DNA of 64,000 nt from assembly GCA_020723765.1 (NCBI GenBank), contig DYIF01000004.1:10199-74198 (forward strand). The letters are read 5' to 3'. The notes under the pieces are model-generated. The model worked only from the letters and a program-made list of their open reading frames with translations, was not told where the DNA came from and did not search any database. The stretch is from Elusimicrobium minutum. Its GTDB lineage: Bacteria; Elusimicrobiota; Elusimicrobia; Elusimicrobiales; UBA9959. A program made the position numbers and the translations under genes. Position 1 is the first letter of the stretch. Every line of letters begins with the position of its first letter. This document shows, piece by piece, positions 17,954-27,506 of the stretch.

Positions 17954-19201
17954 ATGGGATTTAGCTTACCTAAAGACAAATTCATTCCCAATTTTTCCAA
18001 AAACAAATACGAGTTTATATTCGCATTATTTATGTTCGTAATGGCGTTTTTTTTCAAAGACAATTCCGACGTTAAAACTCCGGAAATTTTATATTCGCTT
18101 TTCGTTCTTATGTCGATAAATTTTTTTTCAAACAGATATCTTAAGAATAAAACGGAAATAAATCTATTTGTTTTACTAACCATAACTTTTTTAAATACGC
18201 TTACCGTATTTTCCGTAATATCTTTTTCCGGGGGAATAAATTCTTACTTTTGGGTTTTGCTCTTACTTCCCGTTTTTACGATAGCCATGAGCGGAAAATT
18301 GTTTTATCTTTTAGGCGAGATAATCCTGATCTTTTTAGGGCTTTTGTTGTTATATCTTAATACCCCGTTTAAAAACCAGTTGTTGTTAGGGAAAATGTTA
18401 ATAGAATTTTTTATAATATCGGGCGGAGGATACGTAATATACAGACAAATACTGGCAAATTACAGGCTGGAAGAAGAAATAATAAATAAAAGAAGCGAAA
18501 TCAAAACATTGATATACGAAGTGAAAGCCCAAAAAAGCGATAAAAAATACGATCAATTGGAAGGAAAATTAAAAACGATAGCCTCTCTGGTTCACGACCT
18601 TAAAAATCTTATAGCCATAATATCGCTCACTTCCGATATAATAGAAAATGAAAACGGAGAAAAATCTGAAGATTTCACGAGATTAAAATACGCTTCCAAA
18701 ATGGCCGCAAACCTTAGCCACTTTACTCTTTCGGTAACGACTTCCGACGAAATAAAGTTTTACGAAACGGATTTAATGGAAGCGGTAAACGAAACCGTAA
18801 ACATAATAAAAAACGATTTTAAAATAAACGGGATACGATTCTCCTTTCAAAATACGGCCCAAAAAACAAAAATAAAAGGAAACAAACTTTTTATGGAAAG
18901 AGCGTTAATAAATATTCTTTTAAATTCAAAATCTTTCGTTCCGGCAAAAAACGGAACGATAAAAATGGAAATAACAAACGAGGAAAATTACATAGTACTC
19001 AGAATATCCGATAACGGCCCGGGATTTCCCGAGGAAATATTATCCGAAATAGGACCTTTCAAATCTACAAGGATAGACAAAGGCGGGACCGGATTGGGGC
19101 TTTACGGATCATACGAGATAGTTAAAAAACATAACGGAATTATGAAAATTTACAACTCAAACGGAGCGGTTGTGGAGATGAAAATTCCATATATAAATTG
19201 A
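17954..19201 (+). CDS. membrane-bound sensor histidine kinase
   Basis: About 6 N-terminal TM segments. H-box LVHDLKN, N-box NILLNSKSF, G1 DNGPGFP, G2 GTGLGLY. Confidence 0.85.
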   Translation: MGFSLPKDKFIPNFSKNKYEFIFALFMFVMAFFFKDNSDVKTPEILYSLFVLMSINFFSNRYLKNKTEINLFVLLTITFLNTLTVFSVISFSGGINSYFWVLLLLPVFTIAMSGKLFYLLGEIILIFLGLLLLYLNTPFKNQLLLGKMLIEFFIISGGGYVIYRQILANYRLEEEIINKRSEIKTLIYEVKAQKSDKKYDQLEGKLKTIASLVHDLKNLIAIISLTSDIIENENGEKSEDFTRLKYASKMAANLSHFTLSVTTSDEIKFYETDLMEAVNETVNIIKNDFKINGIRFSFQNTAQKTKIKGNKLFMERALINILLNSKSFVPAKNGTIKMEITNEENYIVLRISDNGPGFPEEILSEIGPFKSTRIDKGGTGLGLYGSYEIVKKHNGIMKIYNSNGAVVEMKIPYIN

Positions 19202-19202
19202 T

Positions 19203-20195
19203 TTATTTTTTTATCGCTTTACCGTTTTCGTCGTATAAATACTCTTCTTCAATATTCCCGGATTTGATTATTTTAAGCTCTTTCGGCCAGTTATTTTCAA
19301 ATTTAAAAGACAATGTGTTTTTAGGGTCTTTTATATCGATAACGGTATTAGGAACTTTGCCGGTTACGTCTATTACGTTATATTCTTTATCGAACGTAAA
19401 ACTGCCTATGTATTTATTATTCGAATAAACAAAGGCCTTTTTGCCTCTCGCTATGTTTATTGTTTTAACCGAATAAATATCGATGTTTTTCGATTTTTTA
19501 TCTTCTTTTAAACTATCTTCTTTCTTATCTTCGACAAGTTTTGCGGTATCGGCAAGTTTTCCGTTGGAATACAAAACCCTGGATTTTATATTTCCGTCAA
19601 AGTCGTATTCCGTCGAAAAACCGTCCAGAACGCCGTTTGAAAAAGTCTGTTCCAGAATAAGCTTAGAGTCGGGGGTATAAAAAAAAGCTTTCCCGTTTAT
19701 TTTCCCGTCTTTAAAATCGATTCTCGATTTCACTATCCCGTCCGGATAAAATTCTATTACCGGTCCGTTTTCTATTCCGTTTTTTATCGTTCTTTCGGCC
19801 ATCATATTTCCCTTATCGTCGTATTCGTAATATATCCCGTCTTTTATTACTCCGGAAACATTAATTAAAATACCGTTAGAATCGAATGTTTGAGTGGCTA
19901 CCGAGATGGAATTAATGTAAAAATATCTATCGTATCCGTTTTCCTTTTTTTGAGTTACGATTCTAAACTCCTCTTTTGTCTCCGTTTTGGAAACCGCCTC
20001 GGTGGATAATGCGATATTTACCGGGGAAATTATATCCGAAGAAGATACGCTTAAAACCCCGTATTTCGTTCTTATGACATAATAATCGTCCAAAAAACCT
20101 TCAAAATCCCCGTAAATCACGGTTCCGTCTTTCAACTCTATTTTTTCGGAATAAAGATTTAAAAATGAAAAAAACAAAATGAAAAATATCTTCAT
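19203..20195 (-). CDS. secreted MORN/YwqK-type repeat protein
   Basis: ORF 19203..20207 trimmed to MKIFFILFFSFLNLYS, preceded by GGAGG. Repeated G-x-G-x-x-x-Y/F-Y-x-x-G units (DGIYYEYDDKGN, NGPVIEFYPDG, NGKAFFYTPD, DGFSTEYDFDGN). Confidence 0.7.
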   Translation of the reverse strand: MKIFFILFFSFLNLYSEKIELKDGTVIYGDFEGFLDDYYVIRTKYGVLSVSSSDIISPVNIALSTEAVSKTETKEEFRIVTQKKENGYDRYFYINSISVATQTFDSNGILINVSGVIKDGIYYEYDDKGNMMAERTIKNGIENGPVIEFYPDGIVKSRIDFKDGKINGKAFFYTPDSKLILEQTFSNGVLDGFSTEYDFDGNIKSRVLYSNGKLADTAKLVEDKKEDSLKEDKKSKNIDIYSVKTINIARGKKAFVYSNNKYIGSFTFDKEYNVIDVTGKVPNTVIDIKDPKNTLSFKFENNWPKELKIIKSGNIEEEYLYDENGKAIKK

Positions 20196-20230
20196 ATATC
20201 CTCCCAAAAATATTCTATCAAATTATAATG

Positions 20231-21439
20231 TTAATGATGATGTTTATGAGTTTCGCACACGTCAAGTCCGAAAAGAGGTTTTCCATCGGCAAACGGAGAT
20301 ATTTCTCTTAGCTTTTTAATGACATCCGCCAATTCTCTAACGACATAATCCACCTCTTCTTCGGTATTGTAAACGCTTAAAGAAAATCTAACCGTACCGT
20401 GAGCGTATGTAAAAGGGATATTCATCGCCATAAGAACATGAGAAGGTTCTAAAGAACCGCTCGAACAGGCCGACCCAGTGGATGCGCAAATTCCTTTTTC
20501 GCTTAACAAAAGAAGTATAGACTCCCCTTCCACATATCCGAAACTTACGCTTGAGGTATTTGGAAGCCTTGGAGAATTCAAACCGTTTATTTTTATGTTG
20601 GGGATATTCTCGGAAATCTTTTTTTCAAGCATATCTCTCAAATTTTTAACATAAGTATTTTCTTTTTCCATATTTTTTAAAGCCAACTCCGCGGCTTTTC
20701 CAAGCCCGGCTATATAAGGCACATTTTCGGTTCCGGCTCTTCTCCCCCTTTCCTGATGCCCCCCTATTAAAAAAGGAGAAAACTTTACGCCTTTTCTGAC
20801 ATAAAGAACTCCTATGCCTTTGGGAGCATGTATTTTATGGCCGGATATGGAAAGCATATCTATATCGGTTTTGCTTAAATTTATAGGTATTTTCCCTACC
20901 GCCTGAACGGCGTCGGTATGGAAAAGAACCCCTCTCTTTTTGCATATCTCGGCCGCTTTTTCCACCGGATATATTACTCCGGTTTCGTTATTCGCCCACA
21001 TAATCGAAACTACGGCGGTATCGCGAGTCAAAGCGTTTTCAAGATCTTTTAAATCTATCATTCCGTTTTCGTCCACTTTTAAATAGGTTACTCTAAAACC
21101 TTGAGTTTCTAAATGTTTACAAAGATTTAATACCGCCGGATGTTCGACCGCGGTGGTTATTATATGTCTCTTATCCGGGTTTGTTTTTAAAGCGGAGTAT
21201 ATTGCGGAGGAGTCGCTTTCGGTTCCGCAGCTTGTAAATATTATCTCCTCCGGCAAACACCCCAAAAGTTCGGAGATTTTTTGTCTGGACAAATCCAGAT
21301 ATTTTTGAACCTGGCCTCCGAAGTAATGCATACTCGAGGGGTTGGCATAAAGCTCGGTAAAAAATATTTCCATTTCTTTCTTTACTTCTTCGTCGACCTT
21401 TGTGGTGGCGTTATTGTCGAAATAAACTATTCTTTGCAT
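20231..21439 (-). CDS. nifS: cysteine desulfurase, NifS type
   Basis: YFDNNATT, SGHKIHAPKGIG (PLP Lys), GTENV, and the SSGSACSS-type active-Cys loop (STGSACSSGSLEPSHV). Confidence 0.9.
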   Translation of the reverse strand: MQRIVYFDNNATTKVDEEVKKEMEIFFTELYANPSSMHYFGGQVQKYLDLSRQKISELLGCLPEEIIFTSCGTESDSSAIYSALKTNPDKRHIITTAVEHPAVLNLCKHLETQGFRVTYLKVDENGMIDLKDLENALTRDTAVVSIMWANNETGVIYPVEKAAEICKKRGVLFHTDAVQAVGKIPINLSKTDIDMLSISGHKIHAPKGIGVLYVRKGVKFSPFLIGGHQERGRRAGTENVPYIAGLGKAAELALKNMEKENTYVKNLRDMLEKKISENIPNIKINGLNSPRLPNTSSVSFGYVEGESILLLLSEKGICASTGSACSSGSLEPSHVLMAMNIPFTYAHGTVRFSLSVYNTEEEVDYVVRELADVIKKLREISPFADGKPLFGLDVCETHKHHH

Positions 21440-21452
21440 AATCGTCTCCTTT

Positions 21453-22286
21453 CTATACCAGAACCACTTCTATCTCTCCGTTTATTTTATTTTTTAAATC
21501 TTTTTGAACCACATCTTTAAAGGTTAATCCGGCGCTGGGGCAGGTAGAACATGCCCCTAAAAACTTAACCTTTATTTTATTTCCTTCTATATCTACAAGC
21601 TCCAAAAATCCTCCGTCCGCTTTCAACTTCGGATTTATATCTTCGTTTAATATTCTCTCGACTATTTTAATTTTTTCAACTACGGTCATAGAATTAAAAT
21701 CTATCTTTTCTTTTCCGGCCCAAAAATCTTTTATTATCTTTTCTATCTCGCCTTTACATCCCCCGCAACCTCCTCCGGCTTTGGTAAAATGAGTAACCTC
21801 ATCCACCGTTTTTAGGTTATTCAACTCTATCGCTTTTAATATCGTTTTCTCGGTAACATTAAAACATTTGCACACCACCCTTTCCTGTTCGCCTATTATT
21901 CTCTTTACTCCTTTTTTAGTATAGTAATTTTCTATAGCGGCCTCCAGAGCCTCCATACCCATAACCGAACAGTGCATCTTTTGTTCTGGAAGACCTCCCA
22001 AATAATCGGCTATATCTTGATTTGTAATCTTGGAAGCCTCCTCTAAGGTCTTGCCTTTTATCATCTCGGTTAAAACGCTCGAAGAAGCTATTGCGCTTGC
22101 GCATCCGAAGGTTTTAAATTTTGCGTCTATTATTTTATGAGTTTTCTCATCTATTCTAAGAGTAAGCTTTAAAGCGTCCCCGCAAACTATGCTTCCAACC
22201 TCCCCAACCGCATCGGGGTTTTCTATCTCGCCCACATTTTTAGGATTTTTAAAGTATTCCATCATCTTTTCGGTATAGTTCCACAT
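21453..22286 (-). CDS. nifU: full-length NifU Fe-S scaffold (IscU-like N-domain, central 2Fe-2S module, Nfu C-domain)
   Basis: GDALKL...FKTFGCASAIASS...HCSVMG (IscU cysteines). The central segment has VCKCF...GGGCGGC. C-terminal GACSTCPS. Confidence 0.9.
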   Translation of the reverse strand: MWNYTEKMMEYFKNPKNVGEIENPDAVGEVGSIVCGDALKLTLRIDEKTHKIIDAKFKTFGCASAIASSSVLTEMIKGKTLEEASKITNQDIADYLGGLPEQKMHCSVMGMEALEAAIENYYTKKGVKRIIGEQERVVCKCFNVTEKTILKAIELNNLKTVDEVTHFTKAGGGCGGCKGEIEKIIKDFWAGKEKIDFNSMTVVEKIKIVERILNEDINPKLKADGGFLELVDIEGNKIKVKFLGACSTCPSAGLTFKDVVQKDLKNKINGEIEVVLV

Positions 22287-22351
22287 ATATCCTCCGAATT
22301 ATATTTTATAAAGTTAGCGATAAACTGTCAAATTGGTATTTATATGCTAAA

Positions 22352-23236
22352 TTATTTTTTCACGCAATAGATTTTGTCGAATATCAGAAAAGTGGCAATG
22401 CTAAAAATAAGTATTATAATTATCCCGGACCATACGACTCTCTTAGCCCATCTTTTTAATCCGAAATCCATAGCTTTATCATAATCCATAATATTATAAA
22501 CCCACCAGTTTGTCGTTTCGACATTGGATATTGAAACGAGATATTTTTTATCTTTTATGTTTATTACTCCTTTATAAGAGTAAATATTTTGAGACTTAAG
22601 ACCGTCGATAAATTTCTTTATATCCGAATCTATGGTTATTTGATTGTTGACGACATAATCGTAATCGGAATCGAATATTACGTTATAAGAGCCGTCTATA
22701 AGATATATTTTCCCTATTATTTTTTTGGATAATTTGAATATTATTTCGTTAAGATACCCTAAATCGGCTACGACGACTACAAAACCTCCTGATATCTTTT
22801 CAACAACCACAAGTTCGGGAGGGGCGTCTTGGGGATAAGATATTACCCCTATGGGGACGTCTACCGTTTTAGCGCTTTCAAAAATATAATCGCCGGATAT
22901 TTTTTTGTTTTCTTTAGGATATGAGGAATAAATCAAGTTTCCTTCTTTGGAATAGTAAGAAATTTTTTTTACTACCTGAGAGTTCGAAACCGATTTGATT
23001 TTACCTACTATATCCTTATCGGATTTTAAGTCTCTTATTTCCTTAAGCGCGTCGTATTTATCTATTAAAACCGAAGTTATTCGAGACGAGAGAGAGTTAA
23101 TCCCGAGTTCCATAGCGGAAAGAACGTAATTTAAAGAAACCGACTCAACGGTATTCATAAAATGGCCGGCTAAAATCAAAAAAGGAGAGAGAAACATAAC
23201 AAAAACCGCCGATACATACAAAACTTTTTTATTCAT
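22352..23236 (-). CDS. Cache-like periplasmic domain protein flanked by two TM helices, no output domain
   Basis: 294 aa with N- and C-terminal hydrophobic helices. The intervening region resembles sensor Cache/PDC folds (weak, composition-level call). Confidence 0.45.
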   Translation of the reverse strand: MNKKVLYVSAVFVMFLSPFLILAGHFMNTVESVSLNYVLSAMELGINSLSSRITSVLIDKYDALKEIRDLKSDKDIVGKIKSVSNSQVVKKISYYSKEGNLIYSSYPKENKKISGDYIFESAKTVDVPIGVISYPQDAPPELVVVEKISGGFVVVVADLGYLNEIIFKLSKKIIGKIYLIDGSYNVIFDSDYDYVVNNQITIDSDIKKFIDGLKSQNIYSYKGVINIKDKKYLVSISNVETTNWWVYNIMDYDKAMDFGLKRWAKRVVWSGIIIILIFSIATFLIFDKIYCVKK

Positions 23237-23245
23237 ATCTCCCCC

Positions 23246-24517
23246 TTATTTTTTTTCAAGTAAAACCAAATTTTCCATATGCGGAGTATTGGGATAAAAA
23301 TCAAATCCCGCGACAAAGTTTATTTTATATTTTTCAAGCAAAAAATTCAAATCCCTGCCCTGAGTGATGGGATTACAGGAAAGATACGCTATTTTGCGAG
23401 GCAAATTTTTCATTATGTTTTTTATTACTTTATTATGAAGACCGGCTCTCGGGGGGTCTAAAACCAGGGTATCGGAACTTTTTATAAAATCAAAATCTAA
23501 TTTTTCGCTTTCCAGATTAAAAACACTCGCGTTTTTTATGCCGTTTTTTATAATATTTTTTTTCGCATACTCGGCGCTCGATTTGTTAGATTCAACCAAT
23601 AAAATTTCATCCGCCGTATCGGCAAGCGAAATACCTATCACGCCTACCCCGCAATACAAGTCTATTATTCTTTTACTATCGGTTATATTATTTTTTATCT
23701 CGGTCAATGCCGACTCGAAAAGTTCTATGTTATTTTGAAAAAAACAATCAAATCCGTAATCGAAGTCTTTATTAATTATCCTTTCGGTTACAAAATCTTC
23801 GCCTATCTTTTCCAATATCTTATCAACTTGAGAAATTGAAGCTACGGGGTTTGAATAAACCGTTAAGAAATTATATCGAGAATCTGTTTTTATTCTTATA
23901 TTTTCGTCTTTTACAAATAACGCCGCGACTTTTTTGTCGTATCTTTTAGAGCTTCTTACTATAAGAGTTTTAAGCATATTTATCGGGATGAGAGAGTCTT
24001 TAATAAATTTAAGCGTATTTAAGGCTAAACTATTCGTCTTTTCGTCTATTAAAGCGCATCCTTTATTTAAAGCGATTTTGGTCGAATAATCTCCTCTTTT
24101 ATGAAAAGCAAGCCCCATATCCCCGTTAAATTCGCCGAAACTATATTCTATTTTGGTTCTATATCCGTAAAGCGACGGGGCCGAATAGAACTTATCCAGC
24201 TTAATGTTTTCCTTTACCGTCTGAAAAAGAGACTCTTCTATGAGTTTTCTTTTAAATTCTACCTGTTTTTCGTAACTTATTATCTGCCATGGGGAACACG
24301 ATAAAAAATGGTTTTCCTGTGGCTTTTGCCTGTAAGGGCTTTCGGTTTTTATTTCGACTACCTCGCCTTCTATGAAATTCCTCTTTTCTTTAACAACTTT
24401 AATAACTGCGGTCTCTCCGGGAAGAACTCCGTAAGAAAAAACGACTTTTCCGTCTTTTCTCCCCAAACTTTTCCCTTCCCCCACTATTTTGCTAAACTCC
24501 AATTCTATGGTCTTCAT
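23246..24517 (-). CDS. RNA (uracil-5-)-methyltransferase, RumA/TrmA family with TRAM-like N-domain
   Basis: SAM motif DLYCGVGVIGISLA, VLDPPRAGL, and the catalytic-Cys block YLSCNP. Lacks the four-Cys Fe-S cluster pattern of E. coli RumA. Confidence 0.8.
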   Translation of the reverse strand: MKTIELEFSKIVGEGKSLGRKDGKVVFSYGVLPGETAVIKVVKEKRNFIEGEVVEIKTESPYRQKPQENHFLSCSPWQIISYEKQVEFKRKLIEESLFQTVKENIKLDKFYSAPSLYGYRTKIEYSFGEFNGDMGLAFHKRGDYSTKIALNKGCALIDEKTNSLALNTLKFIKDSLIPINMLKTLIVRSSKRYDKKVAALFVKDENIRIKTDSRYNFLTVYSNPVASISQVDKILEKIGEDFVTERIINKDFDYGFDCFFQNNIELFESALTEIKNNITDSKRIIDLYCGVGVIGISLADTADEILLVESNKSSAEYAKKNIIKNGIKNASVFNLESEKLDFDFIKSSDTLVLDPPRAGLHNKVIKNIMKNLPRKIAYLSCNPITQGRDLNFLLEKYKINFVAGFDFYPNTPHMENLVLLEKK

Positions 24518-25902
24518 TTTAAATTAAACTCCTCGCAGTATTTGGGAAGATATATATTTTTAAACCCGTTTTCTTTAAGAAGCTCGCTAAAGCTTGTCCT
24601 CGCATCATCTTCGCCGTGAACGAGAAATACGCCTTTTTTCGGAGATATACCTTTAACATAGCTTAAAAGGTCGGATCTTCCGGCATGAGAGGAAAAGAAA
24701 TCTATGGATTTAACGCGGAAATTAACATCGTGAGAAAGCCCAAATATCTTTACTTTTTTAGCGCCTTCTTTAAGCCTTCTTCCCAAAGTGTTTGCGGCCT
24801 GATACCCGACTATCAAAAGAATATTCCTATCGTCGTCTATCGCGTTTCTTATATGATGAAGAACTCTTCCTCCCTCGCACATACCGCTTGCCGATATTAT
24901 TATCATTGGACCTTTTTTATCGTTTAGCCTCTTTGATTCTTCTACCGAAGACAAATAATGTATATACTCGTATCCGAAAGGATCTTTATCGGAAATCGCG
25001 TATTTTTTAAATTCGTTCGAAAAATCCAATTCGTCTAAATTTTTATTGAATATATCCGTTATTCTAACGCTCATCGGACTATCGACATATATGGGAATTT
25101 CCGCTATCTTTTTTGAGCTCTTTAGCCTGTCTATTATGTAAATTATCTCCTGGGTTCTTTCAAGCGAAAAACTCGGTATTATAATTTTCCCTCCTTCGTT
25201 ATAAACCTCGTTAATTATATTTGAAAATTCGTTTTCTATGTCTTTTATATCGCCATGCTCTCTGTTTCCGTAAGTCGTTTCAGTTATAAGCCAATCTATG
25301 TTTTTTCCCAATTCAGGGCTTTTTAAAAAAATCTGGTTCGACCTACCTATATCCCCGGTATACAAAATCCTCTCCCCTTCTACTTCCAATAGAACGGATG
25401 AAGAACCCAAAACATGGCCTGCGTTTAAAAACCCGGCCTGAATACCCTTAATCGGGCTAAAGAATTCTCTTCTATCCCTGGTATTAAAAAGAGAAGTTGT
25501 TTTTATCGCGTCGTCCTCGTCGTATAAAGGTTCTATTTTGTCGCCTTCTTCCTGATGAATTTTATTGTAAAACTTAGCGTCCTCGTACTGAAGCCTTGCG
25601 GAATCCAAAAGCATTATTCTTGAAAGCTCGGCCGTAAGAGGAGTTAAAAATATATTACCGGAAAAACCGTTTTTAACGAGAATAGGAGCGGCGCCGGTAT
25701 GGTCTATATGAGCGTGAGAAAGAATAACCGCGGAAAGTTTTTCAAAATCTATAGGTATATTTCTATTTTTTTCCAAACTTTCGCTTCTTTTACCCTGCGC
25801 CAGCCCGCAATCTAACAAAACTTCTCCGCTATCCGTTTTTATCAAATGCTTGGATCCCGTTACGTCTCCGCCGGCGGCTCCGCAAAATTTTATTTTAACC
25901 AT
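24514..25902 (-). CDS. metallo-beta-lactamase / beta-CASP family RNA-metabolising hydrolase
   Basis: HAHIDHTG motif, and later GDIG, ETTYG and SHAGRSDL-type blocks. 462 aa, the typical beta-CASP size. Confidence 0.8.
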   Translation of the reverse strand: MVKIKFCGAAGGDVTGSKHLIKTDSGEVLLDCGLAQGKRSESLEKNRNIPIDFEKLSAVILSHAHIDHTGAAPILVKNGFSGNIFLTPLTAELSRIMLLDSARLQYEDAKFYNKIHQEEGDKIEPLYDEDDAIKTTSLFNTRDRREFFSPIKGIQAGFLNAGHVLGSSSVLLEVEGERILYTGDIGRSNQIFLKSPELGKNIDWLITETTYGNREHGDIKDIENEFSNIINEVYNEGGKIIIPSFSLERTQEIIYIIDRLKSSKKIAEIPIYVDSPMSVRITDIFNKNLDELDFSNEFKKYAISDKDPFGYEYIHYLSSVEESKRLNDKKGPMIIISASGMCEGGRVLHHIRNAIDDDRNILLIVGYQAANTLGRRLKEGAKKVKIFGLSHDVNFRVKSIDFFSSHAGRSDLLSYVKGISPKKGVFLVHGEDDARTSFSELLKENGFKNIYLPKYCEEFNLK

Positions 25903-25930
25903 AATATAAATTTTAACTTTTTTAATAATA

Positions 25931-25965
25931 ACTTAAAAATAATAAGGGGCGGGATAACCCGCCCC
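25931..25965 (-). terminator. rho-independent terminator downstream of the C11 peptidase gene
   Basis: Perfect 8-bp GC stem GGGGCGGG (25946-25953) / CCCGCCCC (25958-25965) with a 4-nt loop. Followed on the minus strand by TTATTATTTTTAAGTT. Confidence 0.75.
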
Positions 25966-25993
25966 TATATGGAACAATCTTTTGAGGTTTCTA

Positions 25994-27433
25994 TTATTTG
26001 GCTTTTTCGTATAAGAATTTAACAAAATCGCTCCACTTCGTTTCTTTGGCAAACTTAAAGTTGGCATACGGCTCTTTAAGTATCGCGTCTATTCTGTCCA
26101 TGGTAATTCTCGTTTCGGCCGGCGGGAAATAAGCGCTAACGCCGAAAGCCAAATCTAAAGATTTCCCGGCTCTTTCGTTTCCGTAATGGCCTCTTGCGAT
26201 AACAAGCTCGTTTATGATAAAGTTTTTAAGCATATCGGCCTTTGTTTTTAAGTTAAGCGATTTTTCGTCGTTTTTCATTATGTTTTTAGAAACGATGTCC
26301 GCAAACTGATAAACGTCTCCGAAGAACGATATTTTTTTATTCGGATCTGTATCTTCTCCGAGTATATCGAATCTTATAATCTCTGCCCTCGCCTTTTTTA
26401 AGGCTTCTACCTCATCCGCTGCCATCGCCGCCTGAGCAAAATCCTCCATAAGTCTATTAAGCTGATTTACTTTATTGGATCTTACCGCGCTTAACATAGC
26501 CGGCTGTTTTACATATTCGTAGAACTTCTTAAAAGAAGCCACAACAGTTCTTCCTATATCCTCATTACTCATATTCGGATTTTTTACCACCGCGTCTAAA
26601 AATAATCCATAAGGATAACCATAGCCTGGAACCACCTCCTCCGAACCCAAAACAACTTTGGTATAATCCTTAACTTCTGCCAAAACCTCAGCCATCTGCA
26701 TAAGGCAAGCATCAAAGGCCAATATATCCACTCCTCCGACTTCCTTTACAATCTTTCCTATCTCCTCGGTGGCTATATAATTACCAGTCTCATCGTCGAA
26801 AGAAATACCCTTGTTTGACTGCTCTTGTTTTTTCTGAGGATCCAACCACCCCGTCCCATGGTCCCATAAAACAAGCATATATCTTTTAGCCGGGAATTTT
26901 TGTTTTGTCCATTTGACAAATTCTATAACTTTTTTATAATCCCCCATATCATAAACATTCTGGCCAGATTTTGAATAAACCACCGTTGAATTAATCTTTT
27001 TGGTATCCGTATCCTTTTTGATGTATAACCTTCTCACTCCTATCCAGTCCCCATCATCATGAGTATCCCCTTCCTGACCATTCATTCTTCCAGCTTCCAC
27101 TATAATGTTTACTTTATCCGAAGAACCAATTCTTTCCATATCGTTTATGTTATACAATCCGGCGGCTTCTAAATTGTTTTTAGCGTTCATAAAAACCATT
27201 ATAGTAAGCTCTCTTACCGGATTTGTCGTTATCAAATCTCTAATTACATTCGCTCCATCCTCTACCTTGCCTCCGACCTTGCTTATAGCGTCGTCTATTT
27301 TACCTTTTGAAGGGGTCGGGAGAGGTATATCGGTATTTTTTATGCTTTTATTGGATATACCGTTAAAATCTTGAGAATATGAGTTTAAAGACAATCCTAT
27401 CAAAACCGCGGTTATTATTTTAATGAGTTTCAT
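25994..27433 (-). CDS. secreted clostripain-like cysteine peptidase (family C11)
   Basis: Signal peptide MKLIKIITAVLIGLSLNSYS. Catalytic-His block LVLWDHGTGW and catalytic-Cys block FDACLMQMAEV. Confidence 0.8.
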   Translation of the reverse strand: MKLIKIITAVLIGLSLNSYSQDFNGISNKSIKNTDIPLPTPSKGKIDDAISKVGGKVEDGANVIRDLITTNPVRELTIMVFMNAKNNLEAAGLYNINDMERIGSSDKVNIIVEAGRMNGQEGDTHDDGDWIGVRRLYIKKDTDTKKINSTVVYSKSGQNVYDMGDYKKVIEFVKWTKQKFPAKRYMLVLWDHGTGWLDPQKKQEQSNKGISFDDETGNYIATEEIGKIVKEVGGVDILAFDACLMQMAEVLAEVKDYTKVVLGSEEVVPGYGYPYGLFLDAVVKNPNMSNEDIGRTVVASFKKFYEYVKQPAMLSAVRSNKVNQLNRLMEDFAQAAMAADEVEALKKARAEIIRFDILGEDTDPNKKISFFGDVYQFADIVSKNIMKNDEKSLNLKTKADMLKNFIINELVIARGHYGNERAGKSLDLAFGVSAYFPPAETRITMDRIDAILKEPYANFKFAKETKWSDFVKFLYEKAK

Positions 27434-27449
27434 AACTCCTCCTAAGATT

Positions 27450-27478
27450 ATTTTAACATACGGTTATTGACAGGTCAA
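27450..27478 (-). promoter_or_regulatory. putative sigma70-type promoter of the C11 peptidase gene
   Basis: Minus strand reads TTGACC (27478-27473), 17-nt spacer, TAAAAT (27455-27450). AGGAGGAG RBS before ATG 27433. A CTTTAGGGC box lies immediately upstream (27487-27479). Confidence 0.45.
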
Positions 27479-27506
27479 GCCCTAAAGGGAATGTTTACAA
27501 TAGGAC